NCBI RefSeq assembly: GCF_964188315.1
Contig: NC_135663.1
Coordinates: forward strand, 23,188,001-23,252,000
Direction: 5' to 3'
Origin: Podarcis muralis
Taxonomy: Eukaryota
Length of the DNA stretch: 64,000 nt
This document shows positions 48,494 through 61,674 of this stretch, piece after piece. Numbering within the stretch: the stretch's first letter is position 1; every line of letters starts with the position of its first letter. The notes under the pieces were generated by a model. That model had not been told where the DNA came from. It saw only the letters and a program-made list of their open reading frames with translations, and searched no databases. Both the position numbers and the translations under genes were made by a program.

Positions 48494-48776
48494 GTGAGTA
48501 TTTCTATTTTTTCGTAAATCTATCTCATAATAGATTTCACATATATTAAACCTTGTTCAGTGCATGACCCTAATGCAGAAGTGACCAGTTAGGCTATGCA
48601 CTGAACAAAGTTTAATATATGTCTGCAGTACAACTCCCATCATCCCTGACCATTGGTCATGCTGGATGGAGCTAATGAGTGTTTTGAGTCCCACAGCACC
48701 TCGACAGCCACAGGTTCACCACCTTATTATGAAAGGCCTGGAAAACAGTCAACTGATTAATCCTATTTATTTGCAG

Positions 48777-49229
48777 GTTAGTGAATGGACCAGACTTTGT
48801 GAAATCAGCATCCCTCAGGCAGTTGAAAACTTCCTGAGCGTGTCTTCGGATCAGGTTCAGAGTATTCCGGAGGAAGTATTACGGTTTGAAAAGAAGCTGG
48901 GAGAGCCTGTAAGAGTACATAACGATGACAAAATTCGAAGACAGAAAGTTCAACAGCAAAAGACATTTGTCAAGGAAGCATGTAAAGATGTTTCTTCACA
49001 AGAGGGAAGATTAGCAGAAAATCTGGAGTCCTCTCCTGCAGAACTGGAACTGAGTTTAGCTTTATCTAAATTAACTTTGCAGAAAACACCAGTTGCTGCC
49101 AAAAGGGAGCCCTCTCATATTAGGAAGATGAAAACATCCGAATTGCCACTCTTGGAACACGTTTTTGCTGAAGGGCTATACTTCACTTTGGCTGATGTAG
49201 TCCTCTTTCCATGCATCCATCATTTTTTT
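48777..49229 (+). CDS. GSTCD: GSTCD exon
   Basis: ttgcag| and |gtaagg. VSEWTRLCE...EKKLGEPVRVHNDDKIRRQK...LEHVFAEGLYFTLADVVLFPCIHHFF. Confidence 0.95.
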
Positions 49230-49749
49230 GTAAGGATTTACACATTTATGTATGTTGCTTCCCAGTAAACTGTCAACATTATCTAGTAGATGTTGGGAAG
49301 AGACGAATTGCTTGGAGCTTATGTATTCTCAGCATATTTTCCCAGAAGTATGTCTCACTGAGTTCTATGCAACTTACTCCCTAGTAAGTGTGCTTAGGAC
49401 TGCAGCCCCTGCAGACTGGTAGAACCACAATGCTGGCTCCACTAAAAGCTCTATTCCTGTAGTGGCTCTGATTTATTTATTTTTAAGCTTTAAATCCATT
49501 AATCTATTATGTCACTCTTTGTAGTCATAGTGGTTAAGTTAGGCATGAGAATCTCTCTTTGTGTACAACCCCACCACTACCACTCATCAGTTTGAATCTG
49601 AGTGAGGCAGAAAGCCAATATATTCCTGGGTTAAGCCCACAAGGTAGTGAATGTCTTAAGACAACAGAGACACGCTTGATTCATGCTTGTACATCAGGTA
49701 GGTTCATAATTTTTCTCTGATAACCAGAGCTTTGTTTTCTTCCTTGCAG

Positions 49750-50004
49750 GGTTTCAGCAAGAAACACCAAGAGAACTTGTTAAGATTGCCATTGATATCT
49801 AGTTGGTTCCAGAGAGTTCAGGAAGTACCTGGAATAAAGAGAGCTGCTGCCAAATGCAATATGCAATTTTTACCCCATCAAGGCTCAGTCTCTTTATCAG
49901 ATGAACACATGCAGTTTATCTGCACGGCTTCTGATGAGCCAGAGGAAGAGCATGAAGACACTTCATTTATAGGTGGACCAAGGCCAACCATGACAAAATT
50001 AATG
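49750..50004 (+). CDS. GSTCD: GSTCD exon (GST C-terminal-like region)
   Basis: ttgcag| and |gtaact. GFSKKHQENLLRLPLISSWFQRVQEVPGIKRAAAKC...FIGGPRPTMTKLM. Confidence 0.93.
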
Positions 50005-50027
50005 GTAACTTAATAGTTTCACACACA

Positions 50028-50062
50028 ACTCACTCACTCACTCACTCACTCACTCACTCACT
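50028..50062. repeat. (ACTC)n microsatellite
   Basis: Direct reading. It lies 24 nt after a GSTCD donor site. Confidence 0.95.
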
Positions 50063-50210
50063 GGCACTGAGTCATAGAATGGATTGTGCAGATATTTTGA
50101 AAGAATGCACAAAAAGTCAGCATTTAAATTGTACACATATTTAATACAAAATAGGCACTTTTCAATGCATTCATCCATAATAGATACTTTTTATCTGGCT
50201 TCTTGCAATC

Positions 50211-50451
50211 CAGTGGTACCTCGGGTTACATACGCTTCAGGTTACATACGCTTCAGGTTACACACTCCGCTAGCCCAGAAATAGTGCTTCAGGTTAAGAA
50301 CTTTGCTTCAGGATAAGAACAGAAATTGTGCTCCGGCGGCATGGCAGCAACAGGAGGCCCCATTAGCTAAAGTGGTGCTTCAGGTTAAGAACAGTTTCAG
50401 GTTAAGAACGGACCTCCGGAACGAATTAAGTACTTAACTGAGGTACCACTG
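50211..50451. mobile_element. Tc1/mariner-type MITE
   Basis: cagtggtacctcgg ... gaggtaccactg. Right TA intact, left reads TC. Confidence 0.9.
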
Positions 50452-50947
50452 TATCAAGCATACTTATCAAAGGTCTCTGTCACTAAAAATAGGTTGTATT
50501 TTGTTTGATGGTATAATCCTACCAGGGAGGGGGAGGACCCTATATTACTGATACAGCTCATTTGAAGTACACAAAACTCCCAAGTAACCCTTATAACAGC
50601 TCTGCAAAGATGATCAGCATTATAACCATACTGCAGATGGAGACTAAGGTTGAAAGAACAGGTGCCTACCCAAATACTGAATTCATGGCTCAGCTGAGAT
50701 TTGAACTAGAGATTTCCTGGTTCATGTTCGCCAGCTTTCCCCAGCCTGATACACTCCAAATGTTTCAGACTCCAACTCCCCTTAGTCCCAGTGAGCATGT
50801 TTTGTTGACAAACATAGTGGCTCTGTATCTTACATGTGCTGTTTAACAAACATAATTTTCCATAACATTTGGACATCATTACAGTACTTGCAAAGTTCAC
50901 ATTCCTATTTAGCTGATTTAAGATTCCCCCCCTCCTCTTAAATGCAG

Positions 50948-51041
50948 AAAAGTGGTATTGAAGCAACATTTTCCCCTCATCCTTGCCCTAATTGGACTCT
51001 AGATTGGGACAGTCTGCCAGCAGCAGTTAATCCAGGAGAAG
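50948..51041 (+). CDS. GSTCD: GSTCD exon. The remaining methyltransferase-domain exons lie beyond the window.
   Basis: atgcag| and |gtaggt. 94 nt, KSGIEATFSPHPCPNWTLDWDSLPAAVNPGE(G). Absent from the ORF track. No further exon was recognised to 64000. Confidence 0.92.
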
Positions 51042-54000
51042 GTAGGTTTGTTTTATTTGCCTTATGCTATTCCTGTTGAAATTCATTTGTTTGCCAAAGG
51101 ATGTTTTGACAACCCTTTAGCAGGTCCTAATAAAGTATATGTCCAACTGTGGATTTTGGAGGGTTTTTTTTCTTCTTCTAATGGACCAACTTTTAATTAT
51201 TATTTCAAATGCTATATTCTGTATTGATACAGTTCAGTACCGTATTTCAGGTCTTCCCCTTCCTTTGCCAAGTTAGGGATCATCTCCAAATGTATGTGTT
51301 TGAAAGGGTGTGTGGAAGTTCATGTATTTAAGCCAAGCACAGACAGATTTACAATACGTGTGTGAGAGAGACAAATTCCAGAGAGTTCATCCTGTTAGGC
51401 TGCAGTAGATTGTAATGGATTGCTTTGAAATCACTTCAGCAATAGATAAAAAAAAGAGGGGGCAACCGCACTGCCCTTTCCTGTCCTGTCTTTTGCCAGA
51501 ACAAAGGTGGCAACCCTAACTCCAGCATATACTTGTGAATTAAGAAGAGATTAAGATTTAACTCCTAGGCACAGTTGCCTGGAATCATTAAACACAGAGG
51601 GGTGTAATTCTGAATAGACAATATAAAATATTGGGCTGTAAAACAGGGATGAAGCATCCACAACCCTCCAGATATTGTTGGACTTCAACTCCCATCACCT
51701 CTAGAGAGCATGGCAAAGAGAAGATGGAAGTTGGAGTCCATAACATTAGGAGGGCTACAGGTTCTCCATCCCTTCCATAAAAGGTGCATTAGATCAATTT
51801 CTCCCTTAAATTCTATGATTGTTCTACACTTCAGCTTATTGTACAAACTAACATTATTAAAAATCTGTACACTTCTGAAACTTAATCCTGTGTTTATCCA
51901 TATCTTTTTGTCTCTGTTCACTTAGATTATTGAATATCTAGTTTCAAACGTAAGGTGAATAGACAGCCCAGATGTATTGCCATTCCTTTAAGATCTCACA
52001 AACACATAATGCAAGCAGTTTCTTCAGCTCCTCAGATCAATTTTTAACAGGAATGCTTTTGTTGGTGATATTCCTTTAACATCACTGCTGCCTGTTTTCA
52101 TTTTGCACCATGTGTCCCAGCTGTAAATACAACTTTCTTCACAGGCATGTCCTTTGCACAGGCAGATGCCATCTATTTAAACTTCCCCAGAACTGCTACC
52201 TCTGGTGGCTTTTGGTTGACACTCATGCAAAACAGCTGCAATTTGGTTTTATTTTTAAAGGGCTTAATCACTACATAAATTGCATGTCGGTGCAGAATAG
52301 TGTCTGAATGCAGGAATAGATCTTAAGGCATTTGCCTTTTGATAACCCTATTATCTAGTCTCAGCAGAAGTTCCTTAAGCTTTCCAAAACAGGAAGGGGC
52401 TGTCAGTTAAAAGTATTCTTGTGTGGGCTTAAGAGTTTGATGTATGAGGCCACCAAATGTGTGGTGCTGAGATGTGTATGGTAAAGGAACACCAAGCCTT
52501 ATGTATTGGACTAGTTCACTTGTGGAAATGATTGAATAAAAGAAAATAACTGAAGACATTGCACAACTGTGATGCAGTTCCCTGATCTTTCAGATTTGAC
52601 CTTGCTCTCAACCATAAAATAATTACCTGCATAATCCACAACACAGATGTGTTTGCTTAATATATGTTAAACCAACAACCATGCATTGTGGCTGGATTGA
52701 AATGTAAGTCTTTTGAGGCCTGAAGTGGGAAGATTTCACCTTTTCCTGTTCCTGGACTCCCCATGCACACATGTCATCACTCATTCCAAAGATCTGTTTA
52801 AAATAAGGATGGGAGTGGAGGTGGGGAAGAGAATCTAGGCAAATCTACCAGTTGCATCCTCACTGGAAGAATAAAATAATTCACAGGAGTTTTCAAAACA
52901 TGTCACAATAAATAACAGTAAGTAATATAGCTGAATTTTCTTTCAGTGCTGTATTTAGCACAGAAAGCTTGAAAGCAAAAGTTCTTGTGAAAACAGATAC
53001 ATTATTAAAATTTATTGCCAGTTTAAAGTGATAGGATCACTGCTGTAAACGTTGCTTTTCTTTCAATAATAAACACAACAGCGCCCCCCTTAAGTAGGAT
53101 GCAAATAGCTATTTACCCTTTAAAATAAGGTTTTAAAAACTGTACTTGAAAGTCCTTTATTTTCTTTCTGAGTCTGTCAGAACTTTTTGAATGGCTTTGA
53201 GAAGTACCTCAACTTTTTTGGGGTAGCTTTCCTTCCTCTTAAGCTTCCTTTGCTGCTGCTTGTTTCTCACAACAGACGGTTCTTTGCCTGTTAATCTGCA
53301 AGGATAGCAATGTAATGCAAGTGAAGCTCAAGTGAATCAACAAATATTTCTAATTAATCTCTTCTGCTGTGTCCTACATTTAAAATCTTCATACATTTTT
53401 GAAAATTTCATTGCACAATGGTACCAGAGTAATGGTGATCCTATGATCCCAACAGCAGATGGAATGGCTCTGCACAATTCCAACACATTACCTTAAGGAA
53501 ACGGGAAGTTCCTATTTCTTTTTTAAAAAGTTAAGTAACACTAATCAAGTATATAAGATTTTAAATTTTGTTTCAGCACATTGAGAGTGCAGTGGCTCTG
53601 TTTTAGTTGACTTGTTTTAAACAAACCTTAGTTAAGGAAACCCAGCCAAATGGGCGGGGTATAACTAAATTATTATTATTAATTATTATTCAAACAAAGT
53701 GACAAACTGGCTAAGCAAATGTGGAAGCAGAAATTCCTAAACTCTTCCTCCAAACTGTGCAGGAGGCGGAGAGGGAAGAGGAAAGCATGCAAGCTGTGAC
53801 TTATGCACATCATTCTAAACCAGGTCGTTTTTTGGCCAATCCATGCTGCTGATTGGCACCACTCGCAAAGCACAGTGCTCTGCAGGCACTGATAATCAGC
53901 TGATCATCGATGCTTGCAAAACTGCTTCTGCAAGCACTGCCTAACAATAATCAGCTGATTGTTGATGCCTGCAAAGCTCTGTGCCTTTGTCACATAGTTC

Positions 54001-55080
54001 AGTTCCAAATTGCATGGGCAGAGGAAAATTGGTCAGCTGATGTCATTGTGATACCAGGTGATTGACAGATGGGTGGCCTTACCCACGTGTTCATGCTGGC
54101 CTGCAGCAGGAAAACCTGCCCTCAGGCTGAATCCAGTTCTTCACCCCTGCACCTAAAGTGTTACTTAATGTGTCTTGTGAACATGGCTGATATGCCATTT
54201 GGCAGCCTATTCTTAAAGAAGCTGAAAAAATGCCTTTGACATTCTTCTCTGGCATTTTCTGGGAAAAGCAAACAGTTTTATTGAATTTTGAGTGATATAG
54301 TTTGTTGTCTTTGTCCCCAGTTTGCAGCAGTTTTAGATCATTTGCAGTTTCATTGCTGCACGTAATGTTTATTTGCAACTAATGTCTGCGGTGGTTCAGA
54401 ATGTTAAAGGTACTTTCATGTTTCATTGAATATCATCCCCCCCATGCAAATAATCCATGCTCCCACCCAAATATCATTATATAGGCCTTTTGTATCATTG
54501 CTCACATATGGCACAGACATGACTGTTCTAATAGATGCAATAAGTTTTATTATGTATTTTGTATTCTCATTTTGTATTTTTCCATTGTGAACCACTCTGG
54601 GAGCTTTGGTGGAAAGGCGGTATACAAATTTAATCAGTAGTAGTAGTACTGATTGCTTTGTGAACAAAATCGTGTTCTTGAGAGAATCCATTTTAATCAC
54701 ATCTCAAATATGGTGTCCAGTTCTGTGTTTGATGCTGGAACAAATGTTAATCTTTTCAATAGTTGTTTATAATATTATATCTGCGTATTCATTGTTAGAA
54801 GAAAATTCAAATTTTAGAATATTTCTTTAGCAAATAACAAATTTTAGTGTGTGTTTTAAACAAGTATATAACACTTTTAAAAAAGATATTTTATTAGATA
54901 CAAAAACAATTTGGCTTGTATAAACTAAACTGTATTCATCTTGGCAGTAAGTATCCACATTGCTATATCACCTTGGCAATCAATACAAAGGTTATAGGAT
55001 GCAGACAGATTATCTGTGTTGTACCTGTTTTTTAATAAATTTCCACTGGAAATTTCTGGTAGGCTGGAAACCTTTGTTTC

Positions 55081-55094
55081 CCACTAGAGGGCAG
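55081..55094 (+). promoter_or_regulatory. Candidate CTCF site
   Basis: CCACTAGAGGGCAG, an exact match to the core consensus CCASYAGRKGGCRS. Motif only. Confidence 0.55.
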
Positions 55095-57796
55095 CAAAAT
55101 CTGTTTATATGACCAGTGGCCTATTTGGTAGAAAATAACTCTCAACATTGTCAAAGGATATGCTGCATGCATATGGCTTGCTGTGATTCTTGGTATTATG
55201 TTTAGCAAGGCATTAGTGACCTTAAAGAAAATTACTGGATTGTTAAAAAGAAGTAGTAGTACTCTGACTGTCATGAGCTGGCAAGGCTTTGGGTGTGGTG
55301 ACTCTGTCACTCCAATCTTCCCTGGCCACAGTTTGATTTCTTTGCTCAGTATGTCTAAAATTGGATTAATTGGATCAAGAATGAAGGAGCAGATTTGGAC
55401 AGATGTCATCAAGAAGAAGTAAAAGCAATGTGTTTCACTTTGTTTGCTAGCAATGTGCTAGCAAGGGTATGAAAAGAAGCAGCTGATTTAAATTAATTAA
55501 AGCTAGGATTAGGTTAAATATCTGAAGGAGGAAAAACATCCTAAGCAGTTTAAGCTTTTTATTTGATGCTGACTTTTTTGGTAACACAAATTGCTACAAA
55601 ATTCAGAGATAAAGGAAATCTCATCTGCCGAATCTGCTTATTGTTTCCATCTGCCTTTGTAGTAGTTTCCGATATCCAAATGAAGAACTGCAGATGAATT
55701 TCATAAACTGGATCCAGTCCTATATTTAGCAGGGTCAGACTTTTATCTTGTTTCTTCCTTCAAGTTTAAAAGTAAAGTTATGCTGTACATGTTTACAGAT
55801 TTAAAATTTATATTGGCAGATTTTGGGCCAGGAGCATTGTTCTGACAAAATACCAAATGAATCTTAAGTATTTCATTATGCTCAGTTCATCATTGGTTCA
55901 GATACATAAAAAGATTTTCATTATCCCAATTAAAGGCCAGACTGCTCTGTGTGTATTGGATAGAATCCAACACTGTGCAAGAGGACTTCTGCTTGCAAAA
56001 TGGGACTTCCCCCAAAATCTCCAGAGCAGAATGGGAAAAGGGAGGGGAAAATCCCATTTCCCAGTCCATTCCTCTCATGCGTGGACAGCATTGAATGCAG
56101 CCCAGTGATTTAATATGTATAATTATTTCAGAAGGCAGGCATTGTTCCAGCAAGGTTCAGAGATCAGCTTCCCCTAGAAAGACCTGGTGACTTCTAAACC
56201 CCTTGGTCCTCAATTGACCATACAGAGCATTTAAAGGGGTGGTAGAATGGTTCGTGCCCAAGGGCTGTGGCACCTCTGATTGTGTCTTCTGACTTCTTCA
56301 ACTGGGAGTCTTTGCCTAGTAGATTCCTATTCTTTACCTCAAATACCATTGATAGGTCTTGAGTCTTCCTCCAAGACGTCTTCAGGGGTTTCCCCCTCAG
56401 ACTCTAATCCCAACAAATTCAGGAACCATGAGACCTCCTAGTCAGGTAGTGCTTCCTCAAGTTGCTCAAGGAAGAGTTGCTATGACTAATGTCTGGGACA
56501 TCAAGAAACAAATGGAAGGTACGATCAAAATGAAGCGTGTTCAGAAGTTCAGAGGTCAAGGACTCAAGAGACGGTGTCATAAGTGGAATAATATTGCAGG
56601 CAGAATCAAAATAGAACTCAAGGTCAAAGCCAAGAGAAGTTATTGATGATTGTTTTGCTAACCTTATAGATGTCAGTATATTTCTGTTTGAAGATAAAAG
56701 TATGTAATTGGGTAATTTTAAAAAGAACAAAATACCTTTCCTGTTTTGTCTTTCCTATCTTTCATTACATTCCTATTATTATTATTATTTAATTATATCT
56801 GAACTAGCAGGAACAATTACAGCCATGACCCTTTACATGAACAAACTTGGACATGCAAGAAAGACCTTTTTCTAGATAGCAGATGCCTCTGTCCTAAGTC
56901 TGCCTAGACCAAAATCTGCCTTGCATTAACGTATAAGCAAGTTAAGTGCCACATAAAGAGTTAAGGTGAGGCAGAGTTTGTTCTGATGCCAAGTGATTAG
57001 TTTCTCAGATATATTTATGACTAAAGTTGTTACTAGAGTATGTGCATATATAGACAAAGACCATCCAGTGCAAGGTTTTTAAAGCCTGTAGCAACAGATG
57101 ATGACATGACTTTGATATGAGGCAGAGTTTCATGGCTCAATACCTGAGAGATAACCAAAACAAAGAACTTACTGTAAATCTGTCATCTCTCATTGGCAGG
57201 AGAAATTTTTAGATAGGAAATGACAGGAAGGGAAAATGAAACCTTTTGGCCTTCTGTCATTAAATGACACTCTATTTATAAAACTGTGCAGACCTAACAT
57301 AACTTATTTTTTCCATTGGAAAAAAAATCCAGCCTGAATCTAAAAAATAAATAGCCCATCGCAGCTACCCTGTGTTTTTGTTTTTTTTAAAGTGACATAT
57401 AAATTAATAATCTTTAAGGAGGTTTTTCCTGCCTATTTCCCTACTAAAATACTTAATCCTATTGGTGTGGTGATTCTAGATCAAGATACATTTAAGACTT
57501 GCTGAGTTTTATACTCAAAACAATTAAAAATGTACATCACTTGAAAAGAGAGGTTAGAGAGTTCCTCAGTCAAGACTATTGGTTGTGACTTTCTCAGACT
57601 TCTAACCATGGTTAGGAAACCAAAGCCATGTTCAGGGCTCATGCACTCTCAGGAGAATTCTATACCTTCAATTTTTGAAGCTAACTGCATTACCTCTGCT
57701 TTATTCATGCAAGGTTTTCAGAGTGTGCAACCAGGGTTGGAACCTGGCATGGCCCCAAAATCCTGTTGTGTTAGAAAATGCTGCATTATATAGGAT

Positions 57797-58007
57797 GGGC
57801 AGCAAAAAAAGCTAATGCTATCCTAGGCTACATCAACAGAAGTATAGTGTTCCCATCAAGGAAAGTAATAGTACTGCTCTGTTCTGCCTTGGTCAAACCA
57901 CATCTCGAATACTGCATCCAGTTCTAGGCACCACAATTTAAGAAGGATATTGACAAGCTGGAACATGTGCAGGGAAAGGCGACCAAGATGATCAAGGGTC
58001 TGGAGAC
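57797..58007 (+). mobile_element. CR1 reverse-transcriptase-region fragment
   Basis: aaaagctaatgctatcctaggctacatcaacaga...ccagttctaggcaccacaatttaagaagga...accaagatgatcaagggtctggag, typical CR1 ORF2 sequence. Confidence 0.8.
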
Positions 58008-58205
58008 TGAGCAGTGCTCATTTAGAGTCAAACATGTTTTAAGAAAAAATCCTTTTTCAAAGGCACATTTTTAGCTATGATTCTGACACAGCATGGATAC
58101 TGCACTAACTCCTCTTAATGGTTAGCTTGCAGAAGAGAGATGTGGGGCAGTACCCTCCTGATCTAACAGTACTTGCGTGGAATTTTAGGCTGTTGTGGTA
58201 ATGTA

Positions 58206-59723
58206 CCGTATTTTTCGCTCTATAACACGCACCAGACCATAACACGCACACAGTTTTTAGAGGAGGAAAACAAAAAAAAAATATTCTAAATGAAACAGTG
58301 GATGTATGATTTTTGTGGTTCATGCTGTGGCCACAGACATGTGATCTGACAGTGAGTTTGGAGTAGCCCAATGCAAAAATCCTGAGGATCCATGTGGATC
58401 CATGCTTTGTAACCACGTTTTTGCACCACTGCAACCCTAGGCAACAGTGGGTGCGTGATTTTTTTGGTGCAGGCTGTAGCCATGGACATGCTGTGTTATC
58501 TGATGGTGAATTTGGGGTGACCCAGTGCAAAGATCCTGTGGATCCATGCTTATAAAAGTCCCTATTAAGGAAAAAACAGACAGGATATACGAAGTATGAT
58601 TTCTTTTTTATTTACGGTATTTCTTTTTTGGCCACCTCTGTCACTGCAACCTTTGCTCTGTGCTTGCACACTTTTGGGCAATAGGGCATGTAACACACTT
58701 TTTTTCATCTGCCAATATGTAGAAAATCAATTTTAATGTCCCTATATAAAAGGCCTAGTGAAGCAGAAGGGTATTACATCAGCCACTGTATTAAGGCTAA
58801 ACGTTTGAAGAACAGCTCTCTGGGGGCGGGGGGGCTAAATTCCATTTTCAATCAATTGTTATTGTGGCAGCAATTATCAGTGTATAGCGCACAATGAGGA
58901 AATGAACTTTAAAAAATATATATATAAAACATTCTCACGTTATACTTCTTCAAAGAAGAGTATTAGGCTTTTAATGAAGGGGAGAGGAGAGATGCTGTAA
59001 TCCTCCTGGCTCAGGAGATTCTGATTTACCTGCCGCGTTAGAAAGTATAGATTAAGATATTTGATATACAGCATATAAATCCAGAGATTTCCATGTCTCA
59101 CTCTGCAATCCAGCCTGCTGTTACTTACGAGCAGGGAAGCAGGGTTTCTCTTCCAAACAAGCATACTGTCTCCCTCCAGCAGTACATTGCTTGGAGAAGC
59201 TGTAATTTGGAGGGGGCCTGGGGGCAGGGCTCTCTGCTTTAGGAAAAGAAATGAGAAACCTACCATTGTAAAGCAAAAGTCCCCTCTACCAAACCCAAGC
59301 CAGCCCCCCCCCCCCTCTCTCTCTCTCTCTCCCTCCCACTTGCGTGTTTTTCGGCTGCCTGCGAGTCCCTAGAGCACGGAGAGGAGGAGGTGGTGGGCTG
59401 GAGCCTGCACGGAAGGACTCGATCATTTCCTTAACCCTCTGCTTGCCAGGAGGGCAGGGGATTCCCTGCTCTTTGTTGAGTTTGAGCAAACGCAGCAACA
59501 GAAGCGGGTGGGCAGTAAGACCCTGAGGCAGAATGCAGGAAAGCAACAGCTTCCGCCTTCCCTCTTCCCTCCGCCCGCCCGCCCAATCTTATTTTTGCCT
59601 GATTTTTGCCTATTTTGCCCCTTCGCAGCTCCAGGGACCACACATTCGCTCAATAACACGCACAGACATTTCACCTTACTTTTTAGGAGAAAAAATCTGC
59701 GTGTTATAGAGCGAAATTTACGG
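58206..59723. mobile_element. 1.5-kb non-autonomous Tigger/pogo-like DNA transposon
   Basis: TIR ccgtatttttcgctctataacacgca vs ccgtaaatttcgctctataacacgca (24 of 26 match), TA TSD on both sides, no transposase ORF. Confidence 0.85.
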
Positions 59724-61442
59724 TATGTGGTTTTTTCTATGCAAAGGAGTTTGGCATGAATGATAAAATGAGATTCTATTTCTACATTATGTTATACCAG
59801 GCTGTTTTCAGGGAAACTTGCACTTAGTTTTTCAGCAGTATCTCATTAACCTGGCTTACAAATCTAGACTTTTTTTTTACTTCGGCTCTAGAACCACGCC
59901 ATATGCTTTTAGACTACTTCTGGGCCACTCACATGGTCCCAGGTTGTCACTCTTGAAGAAGAGGCCATCAGACATTCTACTCATTTTCTAGAATCCACTA
60001 TTTGAATTATCTGCCTTCTTTCCACATTACTGTTCCCACAGCAGCCAAAGAGTTTGGCAAACTCCCTGTATTACTATTTTTAAATTTTAATCAGCATTGT
60101 GGCCTAAATCCCTTAAAAAGTACATCCAGGGCGGGTTTTCTTTTTTTTGTTGTTGTTGTTTCTTTTGACACCATTTCAACAGGTTTGATTATTTTAAATA
60201 GAATGTTGTTGTAGAGGCTAGTTCTTTCTCCTTGTTTTAACTGGCAGGACATCAAACACAAGGTCACATCCAGGTCTATCCAGCAAAAAGCAGGTCCGTT
60301 TGTGGCAGCAAGCTTTCAATTTATTTCTGCCTAGGAGGTTTAGAAGACAATAACATAGGCTATTTTGCAAATAATCTCTGACCAACCGTGTTGGATTCCA
60401 CAAACTCTAGATTGTCCTAACTATGCCTTTAGATTTTGAATTTTTGCAATTCCTTCGTGGATTTCTTCTTCTTTTTCTTCCTCCTCCTCTTCTTTCATAT
60501 TTTGACTTCAGGGGTTGCCAATTTTTGGACTTGCATTTTGAGAGAGTACTGGGGGTACCAATCACTAAATGGCTGCCATGGAGGAGACATGGCATAACAC
60601 AAAATGGCTGACATGGAAACATGGAATAACACAAAATTAGAGAAGCAACCACCTCTAACAACCCTATGAGAAAGTCAATCATGTCTTGCTGGTTCTGTTT
60701 ATGAAGAGCATGTGCACACTTGGGACCAGGAAAAATAAACAAGGTAGCTGTGCCACTCTGATTTAACAGAACCCCTTAAGAAAGTACCTTTACATTGTGC
60801 CCCATAATTTTCTTCCTTGGTAGGTTAGAATTTTAGTTTATTTTTTAAAGTGAAAGCTCAGAGTCTGGAGCAACTGGCCCAAAGGCACTGTTTGAAGTCT
60901 TTGTGAGTGCCATGGTGCCCATGGAGGCTAGGTTGGTAACCCCTGTTCTAAGTACCAAAACGTAAGCAAAACAACTATTCTCTGCCCTGAGGACCTTACA
61001 ACCTGTAGTTGTAACAGTGGAGAAGAGACTGGGAGATAGATAAGAGGGCAACAAAGCATGAATATAGGTAAGTACTTAAACTTTGGCTTTGTTTCAGTCA
61101 TTGGCTGAGGACTTAGGGATTTTGACAGATATGATTTGATTACTGTATAATTTAACTTAATACTATTTCATTATTCCTTTTATGTTACTGAGACTAGGGC
61201 AACTGTGGCCATTGTACAGTGAAGTGTGCTGTAGTATAAACCTGTCCTCAGTCTATGGGACAGAAAAGCAACACATGATAACACAACATCTAGGCTTACT
61301 GACACTACACAGCAAGGTGGTGGGATCTCAGCTGGAGATTCCTGGGTTGGTGTTACTCCCTTATCTGCTCCCTAGCCTCACACCTTCCCTCTATGAGTGA
61401 AATAAGAGTTGGCTGTTGTTTTAACTTCAGGTACAACTAAAA

Positions 61443-61674
61443 TCTCCTGCCAACCTATCAGTTCGAAAGCACGTCAAAATGCAAGTAGATAAATAGGTAC
61501 CGCTCCGGTGGGAAGGTAAACGGCGTTTCCGTGCGCTGCTCTGGTTCACCAGAGTATGCTGGCTACATGACCCAGAAGCTGTACGCCGGCTTCCTCAGCC
61601 AATAAAGCGAGCTGAGCGCCCCAACCCCAGAGTCAGTCACAACTGGACTTAATGGTCAGGGGTCCCTTTACCTT
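61443..61674 (+). mobile_element. Sauria SINE, 5'-truncated (subfamily B type)
   Basis: 11-bp TSD tacaactaaaa at 61432-61442 and 61675-61685. Confidence 0.92.

Noticed and set aside
48666-48776. In-frame upstream extension of a GSTCD exon (MELMSVLSPTAPRQ...)
   Set aside because: It lies in a 283-bp intron, starts in a MITE remnant, and a clean acceptor exists at 48776.
968-51041. Non-canonical or U12-type introns
   Set aside because: All reconstructed introns are GT-AG and none has the GTATCCTT/ATATCCTT U12 donor.
56150-56650. Possible old LTR or coding remnant (ORF 56359-56646)
   Set aside because: No termini, TSD or recognisable homology.
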